From positions 152,013 to 216,012 of the forward strand of contig CAWGKT010000015.1 of the NCBI GenBank assembly GCA_963823215.1: a stretch of DNA of 64,000 bases, written 5' to 3'. The notes under the pieces are model-generated. The model was not told the origin of the DNA. It worked only from the letters and a program-made list of their open reading frames with translations, and made no database searches. Origin of the DNA: an uncultured beta proteobacterium. GTDB lineage: Bacteria > Pseudomonadota > Gammaproteobacteria > Burkholderiales > Casimicrobiaceae. Positions 18,406-27,209 of the stretch are shown here, in pieces; position 1 is the stretch's first letter; each line of letters opens with the position of its first letter. Both the position numbers and the translations under genes were made by a program.

Positions 18406-18582
18406 CGGACGCGATGTTCGAGGACAGCAGTCGGTTGACCGCATGCGAATTGCGCCGTCGCATCGTTGCTTCAGCAGGCACCGGCGCGCCAGAGCGGAGT
18501 TTGCTAACATGCGCGAGCGTTGCCCGCCTTGTTCGCCCGCCGACCGACGCTTCGTCGGCGCGGCGTGGGGTCGGGCAAGCAT

Positions 18583-18673
18583 GCCCGGGTGGTGAAACTG
18601 GTAGACACAGCGGACTTAAAATCCGCGGGCGCTTCACCGCGCCGTGCCGGTTCGAGTCCGGCCCTGGGCACCA
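18583..18673 (+). tRNA. tRNA-Leu (anticodon UAA), encoded CCA
   Basis: Acceptor GCCCGGG/CCTGGGC (one G-U pair). Anticodon stem GCGGA/TCCGC with loop CTTAAAA. Long variable arm, T-arm GGTTCGAGTCC and 3' ACCA. Confidence 0.9.
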
Positions 18674-18705
18674 TCGTTCCGGTCGGGCCTGCCGATGTGG
18701 GATTG

Positions 18706-20925
18706 CTATCGCCGCGCAGCGAGCTTGCGCGAGGCGGTCCGTCGCGGAGCCTCGCTTGCCACTCGATTGACGAACTCGGCGAGCATCGGCACGGTCAGCG
18801 GTCGGCTGTAGTAGTAACCCTGAATGTGGTCGCAACCGAGACGGGCGAGAATCGCCGCCTGCCGTTCGGTCTCCACTCCTTCCGCGACAACCCGCCGCTG
18901 CAACGCATGCGCCATGGCGATGATGGCCGCCGCTATCGCGCCTGAATCGTCGTCGGCGCCGAGGTCCGTGATGAACCTGCGGTCGATCTTGACGGTCCGC
19001 ATCGGAAAGCGCTTGAGATAGGCGAGCGACGAATAGCCCGTGCCGAAGTCGTCGAGGCCAAGCGTTACGCCCAGTCCCTGGATCTCGTCGAGCATCCCGG
19101 CGACATCAAGATTTGCGTCGATCAGCAGGCGTTCGTTGATCTCCAGCTCGAGGCATTGCGGCGCAATACCCGTCTCCCGCACGATCGACCCGACTTTCGC
19201 CACGAATTCCTTTTGCCTGAACTGACGCACCGAAACGTTCACGGCGAGATGCGGCAGCCGAACGCCTTCCTCCTGCCATGCGACGTACTGGCGGCACGCC
19301 TCGCGCAGCGCCCATTCGCCGATTGGCTCGATGAGCCCCGTCTCCTCGGCCAGGACGATGAATTCGGCCGGCCGGCGCTCGCCGCAGTCCGGACTGTTCC
19401 AGCGCAACAGCGCCTCGACGCCGGAGACGCGCCCGGTGCGCAAGTCGAGTTGCGGCTGATACTGGAGACTGAACTCGTTCCGGTCGATCGCCCGCCGCAG
19501 ATCCCGCTCCAGGTTCACGCGCGCGACTGCCGCGACGTTCATGCGCTCCTCGAAGTACACGAACCGTCCGCGCCCGCCCTCCTTCGCCCGATACATCGCC
19601 GTGTCGGCATTGCGCAGCAGGTCCTCCGCCGACTTGCCGTCTTCAGGGTAGAGTGCGATGCCGATGCTCGCACTCAGGAAATGCTCGTTGCCTGCGATCG
19701 TGAACGGGGCCGCCAGCGACCGCAGGACATGTTCGGCGACCGATTCGGGATCGCGGGTCGCGCGAATCTGCGCCAGTATGATCGTGAACTCGTCGCCGCC
19801 CAGACGGGTCACCGTGTCGGTCTCGCGCACGCACTGCTTCAGCCTTTCCGCGGTCTGGCGCAACACCTCGTCGCCCGCAGCGTGACCCACGCTGTCATTG
19901 ATCGATTTGAAATTGTCGAGATCGATGAAGAGCAGCGCGAACGGCTGCGGCTCCCGCTGCGCCTGCGCGTACCGACGGGCGAGCTGATCCTTGAAATACA
20001 GACGGTTCGGGAGCGCGGTCAGCGCGTCGTAGTTCGCCTGGTAGTAGAGCTGCTCGTCCTTCGCCGCCGTCGCGAAGGCGACGCCGACGCGATCGCCAAG
20101 GGTCCTGGCGCGCGCGCGCTCCTCGTCAGTGAGCATCGCCGAACTCGCGAAGCCCAGCACGACAGCACCCACTACGGCGTTCTGCCAGATGATCGGCAGC
20201 ACGAGCAGCGACTTCGCCCCGAGCTTCGCCGCCGGCGCCAGATAGGGCGTTACGGCCTGTGCGCCGTCGAGCCAAAGTCCGTCCGGGTAGGCCAGCAGCA
20301 CGCTCACATCGTCGATCGCGCAGGCGCAGCGCTCGAGCTGAAGCCCGTTGTCGGCGCCTTGATTTCTCGTGTAGATGCGCAGCATCTCCGGGGAATTGCG
20401 ATCCACGATCGCGATACTGACGAAGTCGGCCGGCACGATGTCGCGCATGCGCGTGACCACCGTTTCGATGACGCGATCGAGATCGAGCCGCGACAGGATC
20501 GCCTGGTCGATGTCCGTAAGGGTGAGCAAGGCCGTGAACTGACTGCCAAGGCGCGCCGCCATCGAGTTGAACGACGAGGCGAGCTCGCCGAATTCGTCGT
20601 CCGACGGCACATCCACTCGGACCGAAAGGTCCCCGTCACCCGCGCGGCGGGTGCCGTCGATGAGCGTCCTCAGCGGACCCAACGTGCGATGGATTTGCAT
20701 GGCGCTCAGCACGGCCACGAGCAGGACCGCCAGAGCGGCGGCCACGACGAGGATCGCATTCAGGTCGGCCATCGGCCCGATGGCGGCGGCCTCGAGTTGC
20801 GGGCTCCCTACCGGGTCCGCGGACAGGATGAAGATCAAGGCGAGCGGAATCAGCGCCGACACAACGAAGAGTGCAATGATGCGGCGGGCCGTCCGGCTGT
20901 GGAGAAAACCTCCTGCGATCCTCAT
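18706..20925 (-). CDS. HAMP-GAF-GGDEF-EAL signalling protein (c-di-GMP turnover)
   Basis: N-terminal TMs, a HAMP region (DEFGELASSFNSMAARL), the GGDEF motif RLGGDEFTIIL and EAL motifs EALLRW, DDFGTGYSSLAYL. Confidence 0.9.
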   Translation of the reverse strand: MRIAGGFLHSRTARRIIALFVVSALIPLALIFILSADPVGSPQLEAAAIGPMADLNAILVVAAALAVLLVAVLSAMQIHRTLGPLRTLIDGTRRAGDGDLSVRVDVPSDDEFGELASSFNSMAARLGSQFTALLTLTDIDQAILSRLDLDRVIETVVTRMRDIVPADFVSIAIVDRNSPEMLRIYTRNQGADNGLQLERCACAIDDVSVLLAYPDGLWLDGAQAVTPYLAPAAKLGAKSLLVLPIIWQNAVVGAVVLGFASSAMLTDEERARARTLGDRVGVAFATAAKDEQLYYQANYDALTALPNRLYFKDQLARRYAQAQREPQPFALLFIDLDNFKSINDSVGHAAGDEVLRQTAERLKQCVRETDTVTRLGGDEFTIILAQIRATRDPESVAEHVLRSLAAPFTIAGNEHFLSASIGIALYPEDGKSAEDLLRNADTAMYRAKEGGRGRFVYFEERMNVAAVARVNLERDLRRAIDRNEFSLQYQPQLDLRTGRVSGVEALLRWNSPDCGERRPAEFIVLAEETGLIEPIGEWALREACRQYVAWQEEGVRLPHLAVNVSVRQFRQKEFVAKVGSIVRETGIAPQCLELEINERLLIDANLDVAGMLDEIQGLGVTLGLDDFGTGYSSLAYLKRFPMRTVKIDRRFITDLGADDDSGAIAAAIIAMAHALQRRVVAEGVETERQAAILARLGCDHIQGYYYSRPLTVPMLAEFVNRVASEAPRRTASRKLAARR

Positions 20926-21360
20926 GTCCGGTGAACCTGCTCGCCAGGGCGCGTTGTTACACCATCGGCACCCATCGAGTCAGATTTCTATCGTTTCGTG
21001 TCGCTGTCAGCTACAGCGGCGGCGTGCGGGATTGCAGCCGCGAGTCGAGCGATAAACGATCAGCAAGACCCATGCCATCGCGCGACCACGGCCGGTTCTT
21101 CTGCGCTCATGCAGGCTTCGATCGCGCCATGTGTGCCACGGCGCCGTCGATCGACCGAGAGGCGCATGTCCCCTGTCAGACCATTAATCTAGCGCGCGGT
21201 CGCCGATGCTCGTTGCACGCCCCGCTCGTCGCCCACGGCTTGCCGCGGCACGTGTCGCATTGGGCACGAATTCGCGCGCGCCGCGGCGCGGCCGCGCAAC
21301 GCGTACGCTACAGGCGGGCGGCGCAGTGCCAGGCAGGAAGCGGAGTGCAGTCAGCGGATA

Positions 21361-21765
21361 CTAATCGCAGCGCAACCCGAGATCCCATGCCGACCGATTC
21401 TGCGGGTGCAGCTCGGCATAGTAACCACGCAATGCCGCCAGTTCCTGCGCGACCTCGAGCGGAAACCCGGTCCGGTCGCCGCGCAGGTCTACGACCAGCG
21501 TATCGAGGTATTCTTCGCAACGCGCGACACGCCGCCACAGCTCCGCGATGCTGTTCGCGATCCGCGGAAACCTCCGCGCCAGCACCACGGGCCGGACCGC
21601 CGGGGGCAAACCGTCCATCCACAGACGCGTCGCATCCAGCAGGACCGCGGCATGCTGTGGCGCACGCTGGCGCGATCGCTCCGGCGTGTCAACCCGCTTG
21701 ACCTGGCCGTGCAGTTCCCGCCGCGTGCTGGCAATGGAAAGTTTCTCGAATTCGAGCGACTTCAT
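21361..21765 (-). CDS. Hypothetical protein
   Basis: Start chosen at MKSLEFEKL. Coding-like composition; no family recognised. Confidence 0.5.
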   Translation of the reverse strand: MKSLEFEKLSIASTRRELHGQVKRVDTPERSRQRAPQHAAVLLDATRLWMDGLPPAVRPVVLARRFPRIANSIAELWRRVARCEEYLDTLVVDLRGDRTGFPLEVAQELAALRGYYAELHPQNRSAWDLGLRCD

Positions 21766-21952
21766 CGGCAAACTCCGTTGTTCTCGCGGGCCAATTGCCT
21801 GGACAACCGGCACGCGCATTCGGCGGACCGCAATCCGCCCCGGAGTCATCGAGAAGCAAGCGACGTGCCCGCCGCACCGGAGGATGTCCAGCGCAACTTG
21901 TTCACTTCGGATGGCCGGGCGCCCCTGCGCGCGCGGCCATCCAGCGCGATGG

Positions 21953-22619
21953 TCAGCGTTTGACTCCGGACATCCGCGCGAAGTCGCCCATCACCTTCTG
22001 CATGGACTCGAACGCCGACCCGCCCGACGACATCACGCCCTGCATCGCCGAAACGACGTTCTGCATCTTCGTCATGTCGGGCATCATGGCCATCGCCGCC
22101 TTGGCCTGCTTCACGCCGGGCACGTCGGACATCTGGCTCTCCATCAGCGCGAACAGCCGCTTCTGCATCTCCACGACCAGGTCGAACATCTGGCCCCAGT
22201 AGGCCATCGACCGTTCGATCGCTTCCTGCGATACGCTTTGCCCGGCGGCCATGAGCGTAGGCACGTCGCCCGCTTCGGCCGCGCGGCGCGCCGCCTTCTT
22301 CTGCATCGTGCGCGCGCGTCTCCTCACCCTCGAACTGCAGTCGGCGCATCTTGGCTGTGCTCTCGATCGCGGCGTCGATCACGTCGAGGGCGAGCTTCGC
22401 ATTCGCGCGGTAGAGCTCGAACGCCTGCTCGGGCGTCAGCGTCTTCGCGTACTCGGCGAGTTGCGTCGCATCGGGAAGCGCGAACATGTCGGGCGCATTC
22501 GCGGCGGATTTCGGGACGGCTTTCGTGGCGCGCTTCGCCTTCTTGCGCGCCGGCTTGCCGGTGGCTGCGGGTTTGCGGGTGGACTTCGGTGCGGACTTGG
22601 GTGCGGACTTCGTGGCCAT
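21953..22619 (-). pseudogene. Phasin-family protein with Lys/Ala/Pro-rich N-terminal tail; one apparent frameshift (~22305)
   Basis: AGGAG Shine-Dalgarno. MATKSAPKSAPKSTRKPAATGKPARKKAKR... then the phasin-like AFELYRANAKLALDVIDAAIESTAKMRRLQFEGEE. The frame changes inside a GCGCGCGC run to ...TMQKKAARRAAEAG...MAYWGQMFDLVVEMQKRLFALMESQM. Length is 667 nt (3n+1). Confidence 0.7.
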
Positions 22620-22741
22620 GCTCACTGCTCCTGTGGTAGGTTGGGGTGGGACGACGGACGGATCGCCATCCTCTTCGCTGCAGCGGTCCTGCTCGCGGTG
22701 AATGGCGGTGGAAATCGAAGCTCCTGGTTCATTCGACGCCT

Positions 22742-23733
22742 TCAGACGCCCGGCGTCAACACGGCGGCACCCGCCACGGCCCCGGCGCGCAACTGCGCGA
22801 GCGCGTCGTTGGCGCGTGCCAGCGGATAGGGCTCGACGTGCACCGACAGGCGGAATCGTCGCCGCGAGCGCGAGAAACGCGTCGCCGTCGCGGCGGGTGA
22901 GGTTGGCGACCGAGCGCACGCAGCGCTCGCCCCAGAGCAGCCGGTAGGGAAACGCCGGGATGTCGCTCATGTGGATGCCGGCGCAGACCACGGTGCCGCC
23001 GCGCGCCGTCGCCGCGAGCGCGGCGGGGATCAAGGCACCGACCGGGGCGAAGATCAGCGCGGCGTCGAGCGGTGCCGGCGCTGTGGCATCGCTGTCGCCG
23101 GCCCAATGCACGCCGACTTTCTGCGCGAACGCCTGCGCGGCGCGATCGCCGGGGCGCGTGAAGGCGAACACGGTGCGCCCCTGCGCGAGCGCGACCTGCG
23201 CGATCAGGTGCGCCGCCGCGCCGAAACCGTAGAGTCCGAGCGTGCGGGCCTCGCCCGCCAGCGCGTAGGCGCGATAGCCGATCAGCCCGGCGCACAGCAG
23301 CGGGGCGGCATGAACATCGTCGTAACGGTCGGGCAGCGGGAAGACGTAGCGGGCGTCGGCGACGGCATAGTCCGCATAGCCGCCGTCGCGCTGATAGCCG
23401 GTGAAGCGTGCGTCGGCGCAGAGGTTCTCGCGTCCCGTCGCGCAATAGCCGCAATGCCCGCAGCTGCCACCCAGCCACGGCACGCCGACCCGGGTGCCAA
23501 TGCCGGGTGCGGTGACGCCGGATCCGCGCGCAGTGATCGTGCCGACGATCTCGTGGCCGGGGATGACGGGGACCTTCGGGTCCGGCAGCTCGCCGTCGAC
23601 GAGATGCAGGTCGGTGCGACAGACGCCGCAGGCGCGCACGGCAATCTGCACCTCGCCCGGGTCCGGGCTCGGGCCGCGGCAGCGTGCGCAGCGCGAGCGG
23701 GCGCCCCGCGCCCTCGCATACCATCGCCTGCAT
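22742..23733 (-). pseudogene. Zinc-dependent alcohol dehydrogenase, two apparent +1 frameshifts (~23656 and ~22850)
   Basis: MQAMVCEGAGRPLALRTLPRPEPGPG / EVQIAVRACGVCRTDLHLVDGE...GHEIVG...CGHCGYC.../ LSVHVEPYPLARANDALAQLRAGAVAGAAVLTPGV lie in three frames. The first shift is an extra G in CCCGGG. Length is 992 nt (3n+2). Confidence 0.75.
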
Positions 23734-23906
23734 CGTCGCGCACATTGGAGTACCTTCGCGCTCCACGCTCCGGTATTCGCCCTTGGGGCGGCCCGGCGCG
23801 CTCATGCGATCACCCATGCCCAGTAAAAATGCATCCTAGCAGCACGCCGCGGGCCGATGTTGATGGCGGTCAACGCAGCGGCGGCCGCCGGTGCGCGCAA
23901 AGGGGG

Positions 23907-23934
23907 TTGACGCCGGCATCCGGCCGTCTATAAT
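23907..23934 (+). promoter_or_regulatory. Sigma-70-type promoter of lexA
   Basis: TTGACG (23907-12), a 16 nt spacer, then TATAAT (23929-34), immediately upstream of the palindromic operator. Confidence 0.55.
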
Positions 23935-23939
23935 TTGAT

Positions 23940-23959
23940 TACCGTATATCCATACGGCT
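23940..23959. promoter_or_regulatory. Candidate LexA operator (variant SOS box CCGT-N8-ACGG)
   Basis: TACCGTATATCCATACGGCT lies 5 nt after the -10. It matches the second site at 34293 at 17/20 positions and resembles the E. coli consensus TACTGTATATATATACAGTA. Confidence 0.55.
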
Positions 23960-23968
23960 TTGCAAAGA

Positions 23969-24039
23969 GGGGGCAGGCCACGTTCTTTGTCCCCGATACC
24001 GCTCGCACGAGGCTTTCCGAAAGAACGTGGTCTGTCCCC
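23969..24039. repeat. Palindromic element copy 1 (71 bp) in the lexA 5' leader
   Basis: GGGGGCAGGCCACGTTCTTT GTCCCCGATACCGCTCGCACGAGGCTTTCCG AAAGAACGTGGTCTGTCCCC. It ends 1 nt before the lexA ATG. Confidence 0.85.
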
Positions 24040-24040
24040 T

Positions 24041-24673
24041 ATGTCGATTCCGCTCACCGCCCGGCAGCAGAAGGTCCTCGACTGGATCCGCCGGCACCTG
24101 GAGTCCACGGGCATGCCGCCCACGCGCGCCGAAATCGCTGCGGGCCTGGGCTTCAGCACGGCGAGCTCGGCCGAAGACCACCTGCGCGCGCTCGCCCGAA
24201 AAGGCGCGCTCGAACTCACGCCCGGCGCCTCGCGTGGACTGCGGCTCGCCGAGATGCCGGAGCTGCCCGGCGCGGGCCTGCCGCTGGTGGGGCGCGTGGC
24301 CGCCGGCAGCCCGCTCCTCGCCACCGAGCACATCGAAACGCACGTGCGGCTCGACCCCGCACTGTTCGCGCCGCGCGCCGATTACCTGCTGCGCGTGCGG
24401 GGGCAGAGCATGAAGGACGCCGGCATCCTCGACGGCGATCTCCTCGCCGTGCACCGCACCGCCGATGCCCGCTCGGGGCAGATCGTCGTCGCGCGGCTTG
24501 GCGGACGGGGCGGCGACGAGGTCACGGTGAAGCGCCTGAAGCGCCGCGGCGGGCAGCTCCTGCTCGTCGCCGAAAACCCCGCTTTCGAGCCGATCGTCGT
24601 CGACCCGAAAAAGGCTCCGCTGACCATCGAAGGCGTGGCCGTCGGGCTCGTGCGCGGCGGCAAGGGCTGGTGA
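24041..24673 (+). CDS. lexA: LexA repressor
   Basis: [33 protein letters not shown] wHTH. Ala-Gly cleavage site in VGRVAAGSP, catalytic Ser in [10 protein letters not shown] and Lys in [10 protein letters not shown]. Confidence 0.95.
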   Translation: MSIPLTARQQKVLDWIRRHLESTGMPPTRAEIAAGLGFSTASSAEDHLRALARKGALELTPGASRGLRLAEMPELPGAGLPLVGRVAAGSPLLATEHIETHVRLDPALFAPRADYLLRVRGQSMKDAGILDGDLLAVHRTADARSGQIVVARLGGRGGDEVTVKRLKRRGGQLLLVAENPAFEPIVVDPKKAPLTIEGVAVGLVRGGKGW

Positions 24674-24677
24674 GATA

Positions 24678-24747
24678 GGGGACAGACCACGTTTTTGTCC
24701 CCGACATCACTTGTGTGAAACTTTCCGAAAAAACGTGGTCTGTCCCC
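24678..24747. repeat. Palindromic element copy 2 (70 bp) between lexA and the GST gene
   Basis: GGGGACAGACCACGTTTTT GTCCCCGACATCACTTGTGTGAAACTTTCCGA AAAAACGTGGTCTGTCCCC, a perfect 19-bp stem. It starts 4 nt after the lexA stop and is followed by AAGGAGG. Confidence 0.9.
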
Positions 24748-24758
24748 AAGGAGGTTCG

Positions 24759-25391
24759 ATGTACACGCTCTACGGCAAGAAAGGCTCGGGCTCGGCATCG
24801 ACGCAAGCCGCGCTGGAAATCGCCGGTGTCCCGTATCGCGTCGTCGAGACCGCGTCATGGGAACCCAACCCCGCATTCGCCGAGCTGTTGCAGGTCAATC
24901 CGCTGGGCCAGATCCCGACCCTCGTGCTGCCCGACGGCAGCGTGCTCTCCGAAAGCGCGGCGATCCTCATCCATCTCGGCAGCGCGCACCCGGACAGCGG
25001 GCTCCTGCCGCGCGACGCCTCGGCGCGGGCGCAGGCGATCCGCGGGCTGGTATTCATCGCGGCGAACTGCTACGCCGCGATCAGCATCATCGATTTTCCC
25101 GAGCGCTGGTGCGAGAACGCCGACGAAGCGACGCAGGAGCGCATCCGCGCCGGGACGCGCGCGCGCCTGCACCGGCACTGGGAAATGTTCGCCGATCTCT
25201 TCCCGGCGCGACCGTACCTCGGCGGGGAGAAGATCGGCGCGCTCGACATCCTCGCCGCCGTCGTGTCCAAATGGTCGGGGTCCCGGCCGCACCTGCAGCA
25301 GGCCCGTCCGGCGTTTTACGAGACCCTGCTGCGCATCGAAGCACAACCGCAAGTCGCACCGGTGTTCGCGCAGCACTGGCCGGCCGGTTGA
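24759..25391 (+). CDS. Glutathione S-transferase family protein
   Basis: MYTLYGKKGSGSASTQAALEIAGVPYRVV...NPLGQIPTLVLPDGSVLSESAAILIHL is a thioredoxin-like GST N-domain. AAGGAGG Shine-Dalgarno. Confidence 0.9.
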   Translation: MYTLYGKKGSGSASTQAALEIAGVPYRVVETASWEPNPAFAELLQVNPLGQIPTLVLPDGSVLSESAAILIHLGSAHPDSGLLPRDASARAQAIRGLVFIAANCYAAISIIDFPERWCENADEATQERIRAGTRARLHRHWEMFADLFPARPYLGGEKIGALDILAAVVSKWSGSRPHLQQARPAFYETLLRIEAQPQVAPVFAQHWPAG

Positions 25392-25485
25392 AGCACCGGC
25401 GCGAGGCGGGATGCCGCGGCATTCGATCGCACCGGCACCACGCCCCGCCCGGCCCACGTCGCACCCCCCTCAAAGGAGGCAATCC

Positions 25486-25947
25486 ATGGCTGTGCAACCG
25501 ATTCCCGAGGGCTACCACTCGGTCACCCCCTATCTCATCCTCGACGACGCCACGCGCGCCCTCGAGTTCTACAAGAAAGCGCTCGGCGCCGTCGAGCTGC
25601 TGCGCATGCCTGCTCCCGGCGGCAAGATCGGCCACGCCGAGATCAGGATCGGCGATTCGCCGATCATGCTCGCCGATGAAAATCCCGAGATGGGCGCGAA
25701 GAGCGCGCGCACCATCGGCGGCTCGCCGATCTCGCTGATGGTCTACGTCGAGGACGTCGACGCGCGCGTCGCGCAGGCCGTTGCCGCTGGTGCCACGCTC
25801 ACGCGGCCGGTCGCGAACCAGTTCTACGGCGACCGCACCGGTGGCGTCGAGGATCCGTTCGGCTATCACTGGTACCTCGCCACTCACGTCGAGGACGTCC
25901 CGCCGGACGAGCTCGAAAAACGCGCGGCCAAGGCGATGGGAGCATAG
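25486..25947 (+). CDS. VOC-family (glyoxalase/bleomycin-resistance/PhnB-like) protein
   Basis: AAAGGAGG Shine-Dalgarno. VTPYLILDDATRALEFYKKALGAVE...GKIGHAEIRIGDSPIMLADE...FYGDRTGGVEDPFGYHWYLATH. Confidence 0.9.
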   Translation: MAVQPIPEGYHSVTPYLILDDATRALEFYKKALGAVELLRMPAPGGKIGHAEIRIGDSPIMLADENPEMGAKSARTIGGSPISLMVYVEDVDARVAQAVAAGATLTRPVANQFYGDRTGGVEDPFGYHWYLATHVEDVPPDELEKRAAKAMGA

Positions 25948-26014
25948 GGGACAGACCACATTTGTCCCTGACATTGCTCCTGCGAAGCTTGCCGAAAGGA
26001 CGTGGTCTGTCCCC
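25947..26014. repeat. Palindromic element copy 3 (68 bp) between the VOC gene and imuA
   Basis: GGGGACAGACCACATTTGTCCCTGACATTGCTCCTGCGAAGCTTGCCGAAAGGACGTGGTCTGTCCCC. Its first G is the last base of the VOC stop codon and its last C directly precedes the imuA ATG. Confidence 0.85.
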
Positions 26015-26731
26015 ATGAACCCTGCCCTCGCCACCGTGCTGTCCAACCCCGCCATCTGGCGTGGCGGCGACTGCGCGCCCGAGCCCGCTGCGCTGCCGTC
26101 GGGCTTTCCCGCGCTCGACGCCGTGCTGCCCGGCCACGGCTGGCCGGGAGCCGCGCTGACCGAGATCGTGCTCGAGCGCGAGGGCATCGGCGAGATCCGC
26201 CTCACACTGCCGGCGCTCGCACGGTTGCAGGCACGGGGCCATGACGTCGTCTGGATCGCGCCGCCTCAGGTGCCGTACGCGCCGGCGCTCGCTGCCGCGG
26301 GGCTCGATCTCGCGCGGTTCCTCGTCGTCCATTGCCGCAGCCCGGCGGATCAGCTGTGGGCCTACGAGCAGGCGCTGCGCGCCCCCGAGTGCGGCGCCGC
26401 GTTCGCGTGGCTCGGCCCGCACGACGACCGCACGATGCGCCGACTCGCGGTCGCCGCGCGCGAAGGCCGCACGTGGGGCGTGCTCTGGCGGCGTCCCGGC
26501 CAGCGCGCGATCGCCGCCACCGCGTCGCTGCGGCTCGCGCTCGCGCCGCAGGAGGGCCGGCTCGCGGTGCGGGTGCTGAAACGTCGCGGGGGCGATCTCG
26601 CGCAGCCGGTGCTCGTCGACGTGGACGCCGGCGGCGGCAACCTGCCACCGCTCCCCGATCCCCGCACGAGCGCGGGCCGTGCGCTTGCGTCACGCACGGC
26701 ACAACCGACGTCGCGAAGCACAGGAAATTGA
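26015..26731 (+). CDS. imuA: ImuA (SulA/RecA-like translesion synthesis protein)
   Basis: MNPALATVLSNPAIWRGGD...LPSGFPALDAVLPGHGWPGAALTEIV...GIGEIRL is typical of ImuA, and it sits in a lexA...imuB...dnaE2 context. Confidence 0.8.
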   Translation: MNPALATVLSNPAIWRGGDCAPEPAALPSGFPALDAVLPGHGWPGAALTEIVLEREGIGEIRLTLPALARLQARGHDVVWIAPPQVPYAPALAAAGLDLARFLVVHCRSPADQLWAYEQALRAPECGAAFAWLGPHDDRTMRRLAVAAREGRTWGVLWRRPGQRAIAATASLRLALAPQEGRLAVRVLKRRGGDLAQPVLVDVDAGGGNLPPLPDPRTSAGRALASRTAQPTSRSTGN

Positions 26732-26795
26732 TTCGATGCCTCCCTCTTCCCTCACCCGCCCGATCCGTCATCGCAGGCGTGCGCCCACTTGTTTG

Positions 26796-26812
26796 AGTCC
26801 CATTTTGGGACT
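26796..26812. promoter_or_regulatory. Perfect 7-3-7 palindrome upstream of higB (candidate TA operator)
   Basis: AGTCCCA-TTT-TGGGACT, 9 nt upstream of the higB ATG and overlapping a TATAGT hexamer. Confidence 0.4.
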
Positions 26813-26820
26813 ATAGTTCG

Positions 26821-27123
26821 ATGCGCATCATTGCGCTTTCGACGTTGCGGGCATTCTGGGCAGCGAACCCGGCCCTTGCGGACGCCCGTGAACCGGTGCT
26901 GGCATGGTACCGCCACGTCGTGGAGGCTGATTGGGCAGCACCTGCTGACGTAAAAGCGGACTTCCGGAGTGCGAGCATTCTCAAGGACGGGCGAGTGGTG
27001 TTCAATATTGCCGGCAACAAATACCGCCTCGTCGTATGGATCAATTATGGCTACCGGGTCGTATACGTCCGATTCATCGGCACCCATGCCCAATACGATC
27101 GGATCGATGCGCAAACCGTTTGA
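26821..27123 (+). CDS. higB: Type II toxin HigB (RelE/ParE superfamily mRNA interferase)
   Basis: MRIIALSTLRAFWAANP...ADFRSASILKDGRVVFNIAGNKYRLVVWINYGYRVVYVRFIGTHAQYDRIDAQTV matches the HigB_toxin family end to end. Confidence 0.85.
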   Translation: MRIIALSTLRAFWAANPALADAREPVLAWYRHVVEADWAAPADVKADFRSASILKDGRVVFNIAGNKYRLVVWINYGYRVVYVRFIGTHAQYDRIDAQTV

Positions 27124-27209
27124 GATGAACAGCCCCCACGCTCACTTCGTTCGCTGCCCCCCGCGGGGGCGCGCAGTGCCCTTCGGGCGGCCGAGCGGGC
27201 ACTGAAGCG

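Noticed and set aside
23969-26014. Considered whether the stop-to-start hairpins are integron attC sites, with lexA, GST and VOC as gene cassettes.
   Set aside because: The ends lack the attC core and inverse-core (GTTRRRY / RYYYAAC). No intI gene or attI is present. GST-VOC has no element between them, and copies also lie inside coding sequences.
27124-27205. A 26-codon ORF (MNSPHAHFVRCPPRGRAVPFGRPSGH) fills the higB-higA spacer.
   Set aside because: It has no SD and an Arg/Pro/Gly-rich composition typical of GC-rich non-coding translation. The region is better explained by the palindromes it contains.
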